Assembly: GCA_004764695.1 (NCBI GenBank) | Contig: SMSO01000014.1 | Coordinates: forward strand, 1,359,648-1,423,647 | Direction of reading: 5' to 3' | DNA from: Schizochytrium sp. TIO01 | Taxonomy: Eukaryota; Protista; Bigyra: Labyrinthulomycetes | DNA length: 64,000 nucleotides | In this document: one piece after another, positions 32,901 through 42,599 of the stretch | How positions within the stretch are numbered: position 1 is the first letter of the stretch | How the letters are laid out: each line of letters begins with the position of its first letter | Notes under the pieces: generated by a model | Told to the model about the DNA's origin: nothing | Database searches by the model: none | What the model saw: the letters and a program-made list of their open reading frames with translations, nothing else | Program-made: the position numbers and the translations under genes

Positions 32901-33142
32901 TTGGTCTCGAGTGGCATGGAATTGCTGAAAAACAGCGTGAGCGCCTTACCAATGTCTTGGGAACTCAACAGTTTGATCAAGTTTATGCCTTTTTAAAAAA
33001 GTTTCACGAGTCGAATGCAGCAAGTTCTTCCTCCGTGGAGATTGAACATCACTTGCGATCAATTGTTGGCAAAGATAAAGTAACGTTCTGTTTCGAGGTG
33101 GATCAGCTCATCTATATTGAAGAAACTTATCTTACGCATTAG
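29945..33142 (+). CDS. NIMA-related kinase (NEK1/4-like)
   Basis: N-terminal kinase domain (IGRGNYG, HPNIVEY, HRDLKTGNVFL, LGDFGIAKVL, VGTPYYMSPE), a long disordered tail and a C-terminal helical segment (LGTQQFDQVYAFLK...QLIYIEE) typical of NEK1/4/11. Confidence 0.93.
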   Translation: MDRYQERRVIGRGNYGTARLVRDRQTGAKLVVKKIPLSSLSEKERRDAESECKLLATLHHPNIVEYIESFLEEESLHLVTQYCEQGDLAKLIKHYKKRGKFFPEKQIVDWFIQIAMAVDYIHSLNVMHRDLKTGNVFLTKTNVIKLGDFGIAKVLDSTLEQANTVVGTPYYMSPEVCENKQYDKKSDLWAMGCILYELCTLNHAFDASNLLGLVFKIVQESYPPIPDVYSPELRELVGQLLSKDPSRRPSCRRIFRMPFIRKRLEELATSASLGDAPASTTELKHPASAPSLIESNENHVYSSPAPVSGEEDIESSMAALNIGESNHVSTNELPPAAASSVARKTRRAHKTSSTSSSSSLPMPSSNSRQPLSGAPPPPLPPPLQKGPPLYQQQKQKQGTAEDEYLKKTMRRTTSLRRQNSDVQNRHPPRSSRVRERSEDFDSLHPRESNSSMTPSRRTMSMQTMKTPSRLEKDDAVKATSRATSPSLGGTILMPPAMLTLSSVAANLTVETQMHGLSPAELSDGSAMTPLDLAKERKLAALKKREEELRAATLSNIESRRAAKRRSQEFFMPSAENYLAGDYADTPPTASSRTEGVRYNKDHATAPGANGLALSSNSTFTQPVNQGSKEYEQYAGGEDEEASPSLTAKRLSDTREAETFAFAAPAAGVEKESKTPDLYSSSEYDNLPQQSVPTALGMRKASLPGRLTTKEALFREWDSTLATDQIHEYIHSENPHMEKSHSMHVPRSQSRSTRPATGAAGSRHSYSNSPGPSRRVATTATSARQRRTFQHVNHHHYMRPRTGSNSSGGSDVDNSRRRSLPHNRLEAYEEDQEEEIVVPYDMDERPIKASGRYDVEEWAAAQQHYQQKQRREGCRPQVSSNESEKLLQPSSASIVSVEDECSDFDSDESEELLAVHESHLVEPSPLIHDKFDEKDARLVLAECKKHVHHRGDAWAAPSSQNGKQFSRRTSQGSVMSSSGSVSTDKRIGLEWHGIAEKQRERLTNVLGTQQFDQVYAFLKKFHESNAASSSSVEIEHHLRSIVGKDKVTFCFEVDQLIYIEETYLTH

Positions 33143-33858
33143 TAGTTCAGTGAAATTAGCGCTGTACTTGTCCATTCTAGACTGTGCATTACTTAACTGC
33201 ACGACCAATAATATAAAGTCCTTTTTTGGCGAAAGATGGATTGTCAGCAGTAAGAAGATTCTATGCAGAATTCAGGATCTACCATAAGGGAAACAAAGTA
33301 TTAAAAGATTGCAACGTGAAACCATTTTCAGAGTCACTCGTTTGTGATAAGCTAGTACTAGTTCGTTCTTACAAAGCACAAAGATTAATACAAATAGCCT
33401 ATTTGACTCCATATATCTATTTTAATTTGTGCCAGGGTGTATAGCAGATTAACATTTTTTCCAACAAATAATAATTCTCCAAATGGTACCAACCCCTTAC
33501 ATTTTTTCCAAAACGCTTGTCCATCTCGTTGGCATCTTCTTCTACTTTCTTCTTTTGGACTGTTGATTCCACCAAGCCAAATGATGAGTTCTAAATTACA
33601 GCCAAGACCTCTTTTGAACCGAGTTCTTAATTCCAGAATTTAATTCTCTCCCCACAAATGATAGAGCGCTGTATTAAAAATTTTTTTAAAAAATCACGGA
33701 AGAGTCTTCATGGAATTTCTACCAAGATTGATATATATATATTGTAGTTACAAAGTCAATCTAAATGTCCCAAGTACTAAGTACTAGCTTGCAAATTATA
33801 ACAGGAATGAAAACTTTCGTTCATATGAATATTTTTCTAGACCCACTTGGATTGTTGC

Positions 33859-36800
33859 TCATGCTACTGTCGCTACTGACGCTGACCCCTCACTCCAGCC
33901 TGGTGCAACTTGCGCAAGAATCGATAGAAAAAGACGCTTTGCTTCATCTTTAGATGTGGTTCCAAGTGAGTGCCATACCTTGTATTTTGAGTATGATACC
34001 CAGTCTTCGGAGGAAGGCTCGTCAATTGCACACTTGCCTTGCGTAGATTGCTTAAAGTAGCCGTACATAAGTAACTTTTGCTCGTCCGTAGCTACGAAGC
34101 GAACATGGCTGCTTGTAAGAATAGGCTTGGCGAAACGAAGGCCCACAACAAACTTTTGATGCAGTTCATGAGAGGGCATTGCCATCATTGCAGGGTCTGC
34201 GTCCCCCGTGTGAGTTGCCAATGATTCCAACCACAGATTTTTCGTCTCCAGCGGAAGACTTTGTATATCTTCCATCGAAGGCCGGCGCTGACATCGATCG
34301 TTATCCTGAATAGGATTTGGTGAAGAGGATGATTCTGTGCGTAAGCGAGACAAGCTGGAAGATTGGTCTTCACCCTTATTGAAGATCTGATCATGTTTAC
34401 CCAGCCGTCTCGTTCGCATGGCTCCTGTAAGTGTTCCGGTATCCTCCATCAACTGCATGCCATCTTCATCCAGTCCTTGACGCTGATCAAAATCGATTAA
34501 ATTGCAACCACATTCGTCTTCTGAACGAGAGTCGGCATCGCAGATATCTTCTTCATCCTCCTCATCGTCGTCTTCGATGTCACATTCAAACGCTTTAGGA
34601 TCATGAATTGAGTCATCGTCGTCAGAGTCTACCTCAAGATCTTCCCGCTCACCACCGCTATCCCCAAGCCCTGCTCTGTGCATGGCACGTCCATTGCCGC
34701 GACTAGGCTGTCCTGTGTTATAACTTCGTGCGTTATTTCCACCTGTCCCAAGTGACCTAGCAGCGTGAAGATCACGTGCCATTACATCGGCTTGCTCCAT
34801 TGCACTCACTGAAGGCGATGGAGCAGAGAGTTGTTCTAAGTAAATGGCATCAATAGCGTATTTAATCTCGCGCATCCATTCTAGGCGCTCCTGGTCTGTT
34901 CTAGTTTGCACAACAAAGGATTTACGAGGATGCCGGATTTCGAATACACGGTCTATGCTGCTCTCCCGGACTTGCATAGTGTGTAGGTTGAGTTGTTGAT
35001 GTACGTGAAGTTTGCTTCCCGTGAGGGTTCGCTGGCTAGCGTAGAGGAGTACATCTGAGAAGAGGAAGAACTGATACTTACGAAATTTGGTGTTTCTTCC
35101 CTTCTTCGATAAAACTCCCTCTCGGAGGAAACGTCTGCCAGGCTCCACGAGAGAGACGTGGCCATCAAATCTTTTTTGAATGGCAATCAGCACCTCACGT
35201 GACTGTCTTTCCACAATCATCTCTTTCATGCTTGATGTAAGGTGATGCACCTCATTGATCACATCAATCACATCTCGCGATGCACACGATGCGCTCATAA
35301 CATCTGTATACCATTTATCTTTTAGATGCTCACCTTTGAGCACGCCTAAAGAGTTAATGGACTCTGCTGTATTATTGGTATACAAGTAATGCACCTTAGC
35401 TAACAGCATCGCAAATGCTTTGCGTTCTTCTTCCATTCCTAGAAAGAGTGAGATTGAGATACAGTGACTGAGTATGTCAAGAGCATGAGAAACAGCGTCT
35501 AGTGAGAATACTTTCGGCCTTTCGAGAATTTTGGTCACCACGGAAAAAAAGTGTACCCATACAATCTCAAACATGACTTTCACGGCTTCCCGGGTGACAC
35601 GGTTGTTATATGTGCGCCACTCGGTTGAAAATGCGCAAGTTAGAGAGTGCATCGTACCAACGGAGCTTGCCAGCTTGCGCTGAAATATGGAATTTGCCTT
35701 TTGGCGCGTAATAGTTGGCTCGTTTGATCGTGCACGATACGCTTCCGCCCCTAGAGCCGCTGCCATGTTGATTTCCTCACGAATACTATCGGAAACTTGT
35801 AGGTCTTCTCCGGAAAATTCACTGTTGGATGACATATCAGTCGAAGCGCGATCGCTGGAAGAGTGACTACTACTTACAACACTCGCGGCACCGCCAGCAT
35901 TTGAAGATAATGAGGACATCCCACTAGGTGAGACGTAATTTCCAATTGACGATGTTGCTGGGCCACTTTGAACGACTTTCTCTCGCGTTGCGCCATAGGT
36001 GCGAGATGACGTATCCAAATTGTCCTCTTCAGTGGCAAATTTAATTTCCTTTCGCTGAACAGACTTATAAAGACGGACGCCAAACTCCTGCGATATACGA
36101 TCACCATTCTCAATCAAAGATATCTGTTTGAGGAATTGCTCTTGAGTCATCCGTTTTTTCTTGTTTACATTTGGATTATGCAAATCAGTATTAAGCATGA
36201 TAGTCGTGAAAGCTAAAAGCATGATCATGTCTTGGTCCTTTTTGGAAAACTCGTCTTGATTTTGGTTGACGAACCATTCAGCAAAAGAGTCCATGAGCGC
36301 CTCTACTTGTTGACCCTCCCCAGGTAGGAAAAAATGGCCTTTCTCCAGGTACATTCGAAGACATTGTTCAAAGCTCTTTCCAGCAAAAGGTAGTGCACTT
36401 ACGAATGCAAAACGAATGTGGTTCATAACTTCGTCATTAGACCTTGATCCTAGGTAATTGCCAATACTACGCTCTCCAAGCTCTTTGTGATATAAATGTA
36501 AGAAGATTGAGATTTGAGTCGGCGTAGTTTGCAAAAGACCCGCTTCTGATAGGTACTTGATAGCCTTGCCAGCATTCTTGCTCTTTTGAGAAAGCTGAAA
36601 GGCTTGCTCGAATTCTCGACTTGCATTCTGGCGCTCCTTTTGACGCGTTCGCACAAGTGCTTCGGCGACTTTTGTTTTCGCTTCTCCCGCAGAGTCGTGG
36701 CCTGCATAAGCTTCATCATTTTCATCGTTCGCATAAAACTCAAGTGCTTGCATAGCCTGAGAGGACCGCTTCCTAAGCGTGGCGTCCGTTTGCATGAGTC

Positions 36801-39375
36801 GAAACGTGCCACTCATGTCAGTCAATGACCGAAGTAAAGTCACAAGTGACGCGAGTGCATCATACTGCGTGTCTTTGTTAATCTGACGATGGGTAACATC
36901 TGTCTCTTGGAGGTACATACTTGGGTCAGTAAGTTGACAAAGGACCTCGACAAGATTTTCGAAAGTCCGCCAGTTAGTGACAACAGGGTCGTTCTCAAAG
37001 TTCAGGAACAATTGCACTAAGTCACCAGGGTGCATTCCAAAAAGAGACAGCATATGTGTAAGGCACTCGCGCCGCAATTGAGGCGGTGTATACTTGTCCC
37101 GAAGTACAAAAAGGAGAAGTTTCTCAAGAACTAGAGCGAATTCGATCTTCAAGTGTTGCCGCATATTTTTCCAAAGTTCAGAAAGTACGGGCAGAGAAAG
37201 ATCAAGACGCTTCATGTTGGATGCATTGTAAATGATAGCTTCGAAGGTAAACTTTCTCACCTGGTAGGCAAAAATGTGGCCTGCGAAAAACCCATCTTCA
37301 ACAGGACCAACACAACCGAGGAACTCCCGTAAAAGTTGCATATGAGCAACTTTGAGATTCATTTCGGAATTAAAAAGTCTTCCCTTTCGCAACGGCGAAG
37401 TGAGCAGCATCGCGCTAGCTTGACTTAGCCAGACAAGTGTGGCCAATGCATTTTCCTCGGCAACGGATGTTAACGGTAAGCGCTGGGAAAGTTGTTCGTG
37501 AATCTCACTTGAAAATGAAGCGTTTTCTGATGTATGTTTAGCAAGCCGTCTCGATGCTTGCTCTGTAATGTCCATTGTGCTGCCGATTTCACAGGCTCCG
37601 TCTATCATAGGGTAAATTATGTTATTGCGAATAAAATCTGCGTTATCGCTTGCATTTTCCCCATTTATTGAGGTAGTAGTGGTTTCAGACCCAACAGAAG
37701 AAGGAGCTACATTATTAATGCTTGCTCGATGAACAAGAACATCAAAAATCATGGATGGGCAGCGTAGTAAAAAGTTCATATCCTCGAGGGTAATGCAGCT
37801 AATGCTTTCTAGAAGGTTGTCCACTGGATCATGTGATTTGGTACGCGCAGATGCCATCCCTAACGCTCGTTCATTTTGGGAGCCCATACTATCAAATGCT
37901 CCTAAAGCACCGAATTGATGAGTGCTGGATCGCCGATGCGGTGATGTCCAAGTATAGGTTTTCATGGGGTGAATTCGAAAGAAACAGCTACAGCGGGCGA
38001 TGGTTTTGAGCACAAAATGCATTGCGCAGGGGGTGAGTCCTGCTTCACAGCGCTCGACAACGGCAAGCACCACCTTAAGAGCTGCTGGAAACGTTACATC
38101 GACGCCAAGTTGCGTGGCGTCTGATGCAGCTTTCAGTATTACTTCAATAAGTCCATTTTGCATTTGCTTTGCAGCACTCTGGGATGAAGCGAATGGTTTC
38201 AAAAAAAGTTTATCTAAGGATTTAACAGCTTGTTCGAGTCCTCGAAGGGCGACAATTACGCACGAAACATCGGCCGCATAGCAACCTGTCAAAAGCAAAG
38301 TCAGGGATGCAAGTTCTTCAGGCTGTAAATCCGCTTGTAGAATGCCCTCTTTCGTGACATGGTCCTTCCATGTTGTGCCTCGTGTCGAAGCAGGTATAGA
38401 AGATTGGCCGTTACCTTTTGCTGATTTTGCAGTAAATAGAGGAATAGAATGTTCGCTGCTGCTCTCTTTACTCATTTTGGAAAGTAGTTGAAGATGAGAT
38501 GAATCCCTTTTCAAGCATAGGAAGCAGGCAGCATTCTTCGTTCGAGAGTTTAAAAGCGCTGAAAATCCAAGTGGCGTACGTTCAATAATCCCGTATTCGT
38601 CTGGAAGTAGTTCTCGATGTGACGGATGGACAGCACAAATGTCAACAAGTGGGGCTCCCTCTCCCCGTGACATACAAAGAAAGACTCTTCCTGCTGAGCC
38701 ATTTTGCCCAAGGCTCAAGTCTGCAACGAAGGTATTACCAACATAGGTGCCAACAATTTCATAGCCAGGTGGAACAAACTCTTCTTTGTTCTCATGCACT
38801 ATAACCAAGCCGGTAATGGGGGCATGGCCCGCTTCAGGGTGACCTCTCTTAAAGCAGAGATAGAGGCCTTTGCTGTTATTTCCTTTGTTAAGATCTGCCG
38901 CTTGATTTTTGCCAATTTGCATGACGCGCTGGTAACCCGATGGACACTTTTGACCGCGCACCAATATCTGCACATCAACCACAGGGCCGAATTCTTCAGC
39001 TTCACGTTCTACATCAACAAAATTCCTTCCGGATCCATCAACTGAGAGAGCCTGTAAGAGAGATTTGCGAGATCCACTTGTTACAGTGCGTTTCATATTT
39101 AAAACACCTTCTGTTAGCGAGCCTCGTGGGGCTCGCCGGTTGCGCATCGAACCACCAGCGTTTGCACTACCAGTTCCAGCATTTTCATAACAGAGGTCCT
39201 CGTTGCTTTCTTCAGAAGCTTGAGAGACATTGCTTGTGGATCTAACCAAACTGCTGGTGTTTCTGCGAATCATGTGAACGTCGTCCGCATAGCTAGCTGC
39301 GATTTTGGACAAGGATCGTTTTTGTGCAAGTGTTGGCGAGGCCTCACCTGAGGCCTCGCTCGATTCTCTTCGCAT
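33859..39375 (-). CDS. Sec7-domain ARF guanine-nucleotide exchange factor with N-terminal MABP, C-terminal PH and acyl-CoA-binding (ACBP) domains (1838 aa)
   Basis: MABP-type repeats (CPSGYQRV..ADLNKG..LYLCFKRG; VPPGYEIV..ADLS..VFLCMSRG); HUS-like LVQLFLNFE; Sec7 motifs FFLPGEGQQVE and LAFTTIMLNTDLHNPNV; PH RRFLREGVLSK..FFLFSDVLLY..EWMREI; ACBP QKLLMYGYFKQSTQG..KYKVWHSLG..SKDEAK. Confidence 0.88.
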   Translation of the reverse strand: MRRESSEASGEASPTLAQKRSLSKIAASYADDVHMIRRNTSSLVRSTSNVSQASEESNEDLCYENAGTGSANAGGSMRNRRAPRGSLTEGVLNMKRTVTSGSRKSLLQALSVDGSGRNFVDVEREAEEFGPVVDVQILVRGQKCPSGYQRVMQIGKNQAADLNKGNNSKGLYLCFKRGHPEAGHAPITGLVIVHENKEEFVPPGYEIVGTYVGNTFVADLSLGQNGSAGRVFLCMSRGEGAPLVDICAVHPSHRELLPDEYGIIERTPLGFSALLNSRTKNAACFLCLKRDSSHLQLLSKMSKESSSEHSIPLFTAKSAKGNGQSSIPASTRGTTWKDHVTKEGILQADLQPEELASLTLLLTGCYAADVSCVIVALRGLEQAVKSLDKLFLKPFASSQSAAKQMQNGLIEVILKAASDATQLGVDVTFPAALKVVLAVVERCEAGLTPCAMHFVLKTIARCSCFFRIHPMKTYTWTSPHRRSSTHQFGALGAFDSMGSQNERALGMASARTKSHDPVDNLLESISCITLEDMNFLLRCPSMIFDVLVHRASINNVAPSSVGSETTTTSINGENASDNADFIRNNIIYPMIDGACEIGSTMDITEQASRRLAKHTSENASFSSEIHEQLSQRLPLTSVAEENALATLVWLSQASAMLLTSPLRKGRLFNSEMNLKVAHMQLLREFLGCVGPVEDGFFAGHIFAYQVRKFTFEAIIYNASNMKRLDLSLPVLSELWKNMRQHLKIEFALVLEKLLLFVLRDKYTPPQLRRECLTHMLSLFGMHPGDLVQLFLNFENDPVVTNWRTFENLVEVLCQLTDPSMYLQETDVTHRQINKDTQYDALASLVTLLRSLTDMSGTFRLMQTDATLRKRSSQAMQALEFYANDENDEAYAGHDSAGEAKTKVAEALVRTRQKERQNASREFEQAFQLSQKSKNAGKAIKYLSEAGLLQTTPTQISIFLHLYHKELGERSIGNYLGSRSNDEVMNHIRFAFVSALPFAGKSFEQCLRMYLEKGHFFLPGEGQQVEALMDSFAEWFVNQNQDEFSKKDQDMIMLLAFTTIMLNTDLHNPNVNKKKRMTQEQFLKQISLIENGDRISQEFGVRLYKSVQRKEIKFATEEDNLDTSSRTYGATREKVVQSGPATSSIGNYVSPSGMSSLSSNAGGAASVVSSSHSSSDRASTDMSSNSEFSGEDLQVSDSIREEINMAAALGAEAYRARSNEPTITRQKANSIFQRKLASSVGTMHSLTCAFSTEWRTYNNRVTREAVKVMFEIVWVHFFSVVTKILERPKVFSLDAVSHALDILSHCISISLFLGMEEERKAFAMLLAKVHYLYTNNTAESINSLGVLKGEHLKDKWYTDVMSASCASRDVIDVINEVHHLTSSMKEMIVERQSREVLIAIQKRFDGHVSLVEPGRRFLREGVLSKKGRNTKFRKYQFFLFSDVLLYASQRTLTGSKLHVHQQLNLHTMQVRESSIDRVFEIRHPRKSFVVQTRTDQERLEWMREIKYAIDAIYLEQLSAPSPSVSAMEQADVMARDLHAARSLGTGGNNARSYNTGQPSRGNGRAMHRAGLGDSGGEREDLEVDSDDDDSIHDPKAFECDIEDDDEEDEEDICDADSRSEDECGCNLIDFDQRQGLDEDGMQLMEDTGTLTGAMRTRRLGKHDQIFNKGEDQSSSLSRLRTESSSSPNPIQDNDRCQRRPSMEDIQSLPLETKNLWLESLATHTGDADPAMMAMPSHELHQKFVVGLRFAKPILTSSHVRFVATDEQKLLMYGYFKQSTQGKCAIDEPSSEDWVSYSKYKVWHSLGTTSKDEAKRLFLSILAQVAPGWSEGSASVATVA

Positions 39376-42300
39376 GTCTGTAGAGAACCTGTTTCCTCCT
39401 GTGTCTCAATATCTCTGTGCGCTTTCCCCTTGTTGAGCACGAAACCACCAATACTTAATTCAAGGATCCCAGAACTTCTGGATTATGCAGAGAAAAACCT
39501 CTACTACTCCTCGACACGCTGGATTTTTAACGTTTTGCACGTCGCCACTGTTCTGCTTCGCCTGTCTAGAGTCACGATCACTGCAGATGCTTTTATTGTT
39601 GTTGCGCTCGACTACGCAGAACCTTGGGTTCTGGCTTGAGCAACAAACAGACACGTTGAGACTGTTCTTAGTCTGCACGCGCCGTCAAGCTTGCAGCCGA
39701 AGCTCCTTTGCAAGGTATTCGCTTGACAACGTAGGGACAGTGATGCTAGCCTTTTCGAAAGTTTGCAGTCTCTTCGCAGTCCTCCTCCTCCTCGAGAGAA
39801 AGAGTGAACGCTCGTTCCAGGTCTGTCTTTCTTTCCAAACAGAAAAACACGATGCGCCAAAAGAGAAAACAAGCAGATGAATGGAAAGACGGTCAGAGGA
39901 AACCTTTGGATCAAGGGATCGATTGCCCAAGGAAGAATGAATACCTGCTCTGAAGGCCGTTTCGAAAGCTCGTGGAGTCTTCTTTGCTAGCCTTCCCCGC
40001 CTGCGAACCTTCGCACAGCTGTGCCCTGATCGTTGTTTTGAAACTGTGATTCTCTTCGAAGAGGGCACAGTTTGGACGTTTGGACGTATGGAGGGATGGA
40101 TGGTTGAATGGATGGATGGATCTATGCCCGCCCTTGGGAAGAAGAACAGATTTTGGGCTCTTCTTTTGTTGTCGCAGCTAGCTAGCCTGAGCTTGATTAG
40201 TTATGGAGTCTGTTGCTGGTGCTACTGGTGTCACTGCTGATGCTGTCACACTTCTATTCTTTCTTTAGAGCTTGACTTTGGTTTGTCTCGAGGGTTTGAG
40301 TTGCCAAAGCGGAATGAACCAAACCAAAGGGACTTGGATTTCTTCCGCAACTTCACTTGATTTGATTTCTTTTCCAAAAAGAAAGTGAATGACTTTTGAA
40401 AGACATGACAAAAAAAAATACTTTTCTTTTTCTTTCTCTTTCTTTTCTTGCCATTGATTAGGTAGGTATATTATCACCGACTGTTGTGACATTGTTCAAG
40501 CTACTACTTATTCAAAGAAAAGAAATATTAGAAAAATCTATACACATATCATGTAGACTGAGGAAAGAAGCCGGAAAAGAAAATTGAATTGAAAGCATCT
40601 GAGTTATCATTATTATTATCATCATTATTTTGATTTTTTTCTTGATTTCTTTCTAATATTATTCTAAGTAGGTAAAAAGAAACTCTTCGCTTGGTCAATT
40701 AAAAAGTGACACTTTGAGCCACGAAAAGGGAGGGCGAGAAGAATGAAAGAAAGCATTACAAGCTTAGCAAAGCTACAGAACCTGAAGCAAACCAAGCTTG
40801 CCGAGGCTGCTTAGACATCATGCGCAGCGAGCTGCTGCGCTAAGCAATGAGTCTCCCTCTTCGGATGTTTTTCATTATAATAATTTCGTCTTGGGCCGTC
40901 TTCTCACTCGGCAATCTGAGTCTCTGTGGACATGAGGTCCCGAAAAGACCTCACCGGCAGGCGGACATTGGGGCAACTTCTGAAAGAGGAGATGACACTG
41001 AGCAGCAAGAGCTGGACTTGATGTTTCTTCACATCTTCCTGCCCTTAGGACATTGCAAAGCCCGCCATTTTTATGTTACACTGAAGTTCTCGTTTCTGCT
41101 GTTGCAAGGTATCGCGAACGGGATTGACAGACATGCAGCAACGGACAAGTTCGAGCACGTCGCTGCTCTCTCGTAAACCTCATTTTCCGTCGTTCATCAA
41201 TGCGTGGATAGATGCGCTCGGGAGTGCGGCATGAGTTGGCTAAGACAGAACTTCAGGGTTTCGGGACAGGAGTCCGAAGCGTTGATTGAAAGGACGATGT
41301 GATGTAAGCCTCTAGGTGGGTGGGAAATCAGGGTCTTGTGGGTGTGTGTAATTTGTGAGCAATTCCTTGCCAGGGCTTACGAAGGTGGAGCTTCCGGTTC
41401 TGGCAATCTCAGGCGCCTGGAGGGCCGCTATTTATTCCTGTGGCTTCTGGCTGCGGATTGCCGGCAGAAGCGCCATTTAGAGTGAGCGCGTACCAGCAGG
41501 TCGACGAAGTCTTCGTGGAGTTCCATTTTATTCCCGGTGCGCTTCTTGCGTCCTGGTACTGGAGCCAGGCGGACAAGAACGCCACACATTTCGCTGGTGA
41601 CAGAAGGAACGCTGGTAATGCTACGACGAATGCAGATGTTCGGGCATTGTGGAGCTTCCAGCCAAACTAAACGTTTGCCCGATGGTTAGTGCAATTTGTC
41701 AGGGCAGTGTTGACGCTCGAGATCATGCTGATAGTGTGCGTGATGTCACAAGGCGATGCTTCGCATATTCAAGAGGCACTGTAGCGAGACTTTTGAGAGG
41801 GTAAGGTAATTGTTTGGCAGGTTCTTTTGTTCGACTTGGTACTCAAGGTAGTCGAGTTCTCTTACACAGACTGTGAACAAGATTGATCAGGAAGCTGCTA
41901 TTTGCCCATGATCGATGCTTTGGGATAATCGAAACTCAAACTTTATCGGCCCCTAGGCGGTGCGTACTCTGATATATACAAGTTCAGATGAACAAAGAGA
42001 CCTAGCGAAAGGAACAGTATTTTATATCTCCAAAGTCGAGCGCGGATGTCAGCTTTCTAACCTCATAACAACAATACTTGATAAACATTTACTTTAACTC
42101 TACGACTCTTAATGATAACTTTTGCGGGAAATAACCCAAAAACTGCGTAAGACCTCACGGGTCTTACAAAGCCTTTATTCTTCATGTATTATCATCTAGG
42201 AGCATGCCTATAGCTAGAGGATAGCCACATTCTTTGCGCAGGAGAGAGAGTGCAGCATTCTCACTAGGCAGAGGCAACTCCACAATCCTTTGACTTGCCA

Positions 42301-42599
42301 CTTGTAGTACCAAGCTTGGTACTTCATCTATGGTACTATGATAGAGATTACCTAGGGTTTAATAGGAGTTCGCGAGACAGATGGAGAAGAAGGTGGTGTG
42401 AGGGTCCACCACGCTGCAGCGATCAAGAAAACCAAGCAGTTCGGAAGAGCAGTGCGTTGCGCTGTCAACAGGGCCTCTGTGGGTTGGAAGAGGTTTCCCA
42501 GCTACCTCTAGATCTTCACCCTTCAAGTTATTGCCGAACACTTTGTTTATTGACGAAGAGCTGAGATCGACACGAACCACTCACGGAGTGTGGCAAAGC

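Noticed and set aside
42531-42599. TTG-initiated N-terminal extension of MTHFR (likewise the GTG start at 27354)
   Set aside because: The ORF track allows bacterial starts; in-frame ATGs follow shortly in this eukaryotic context.
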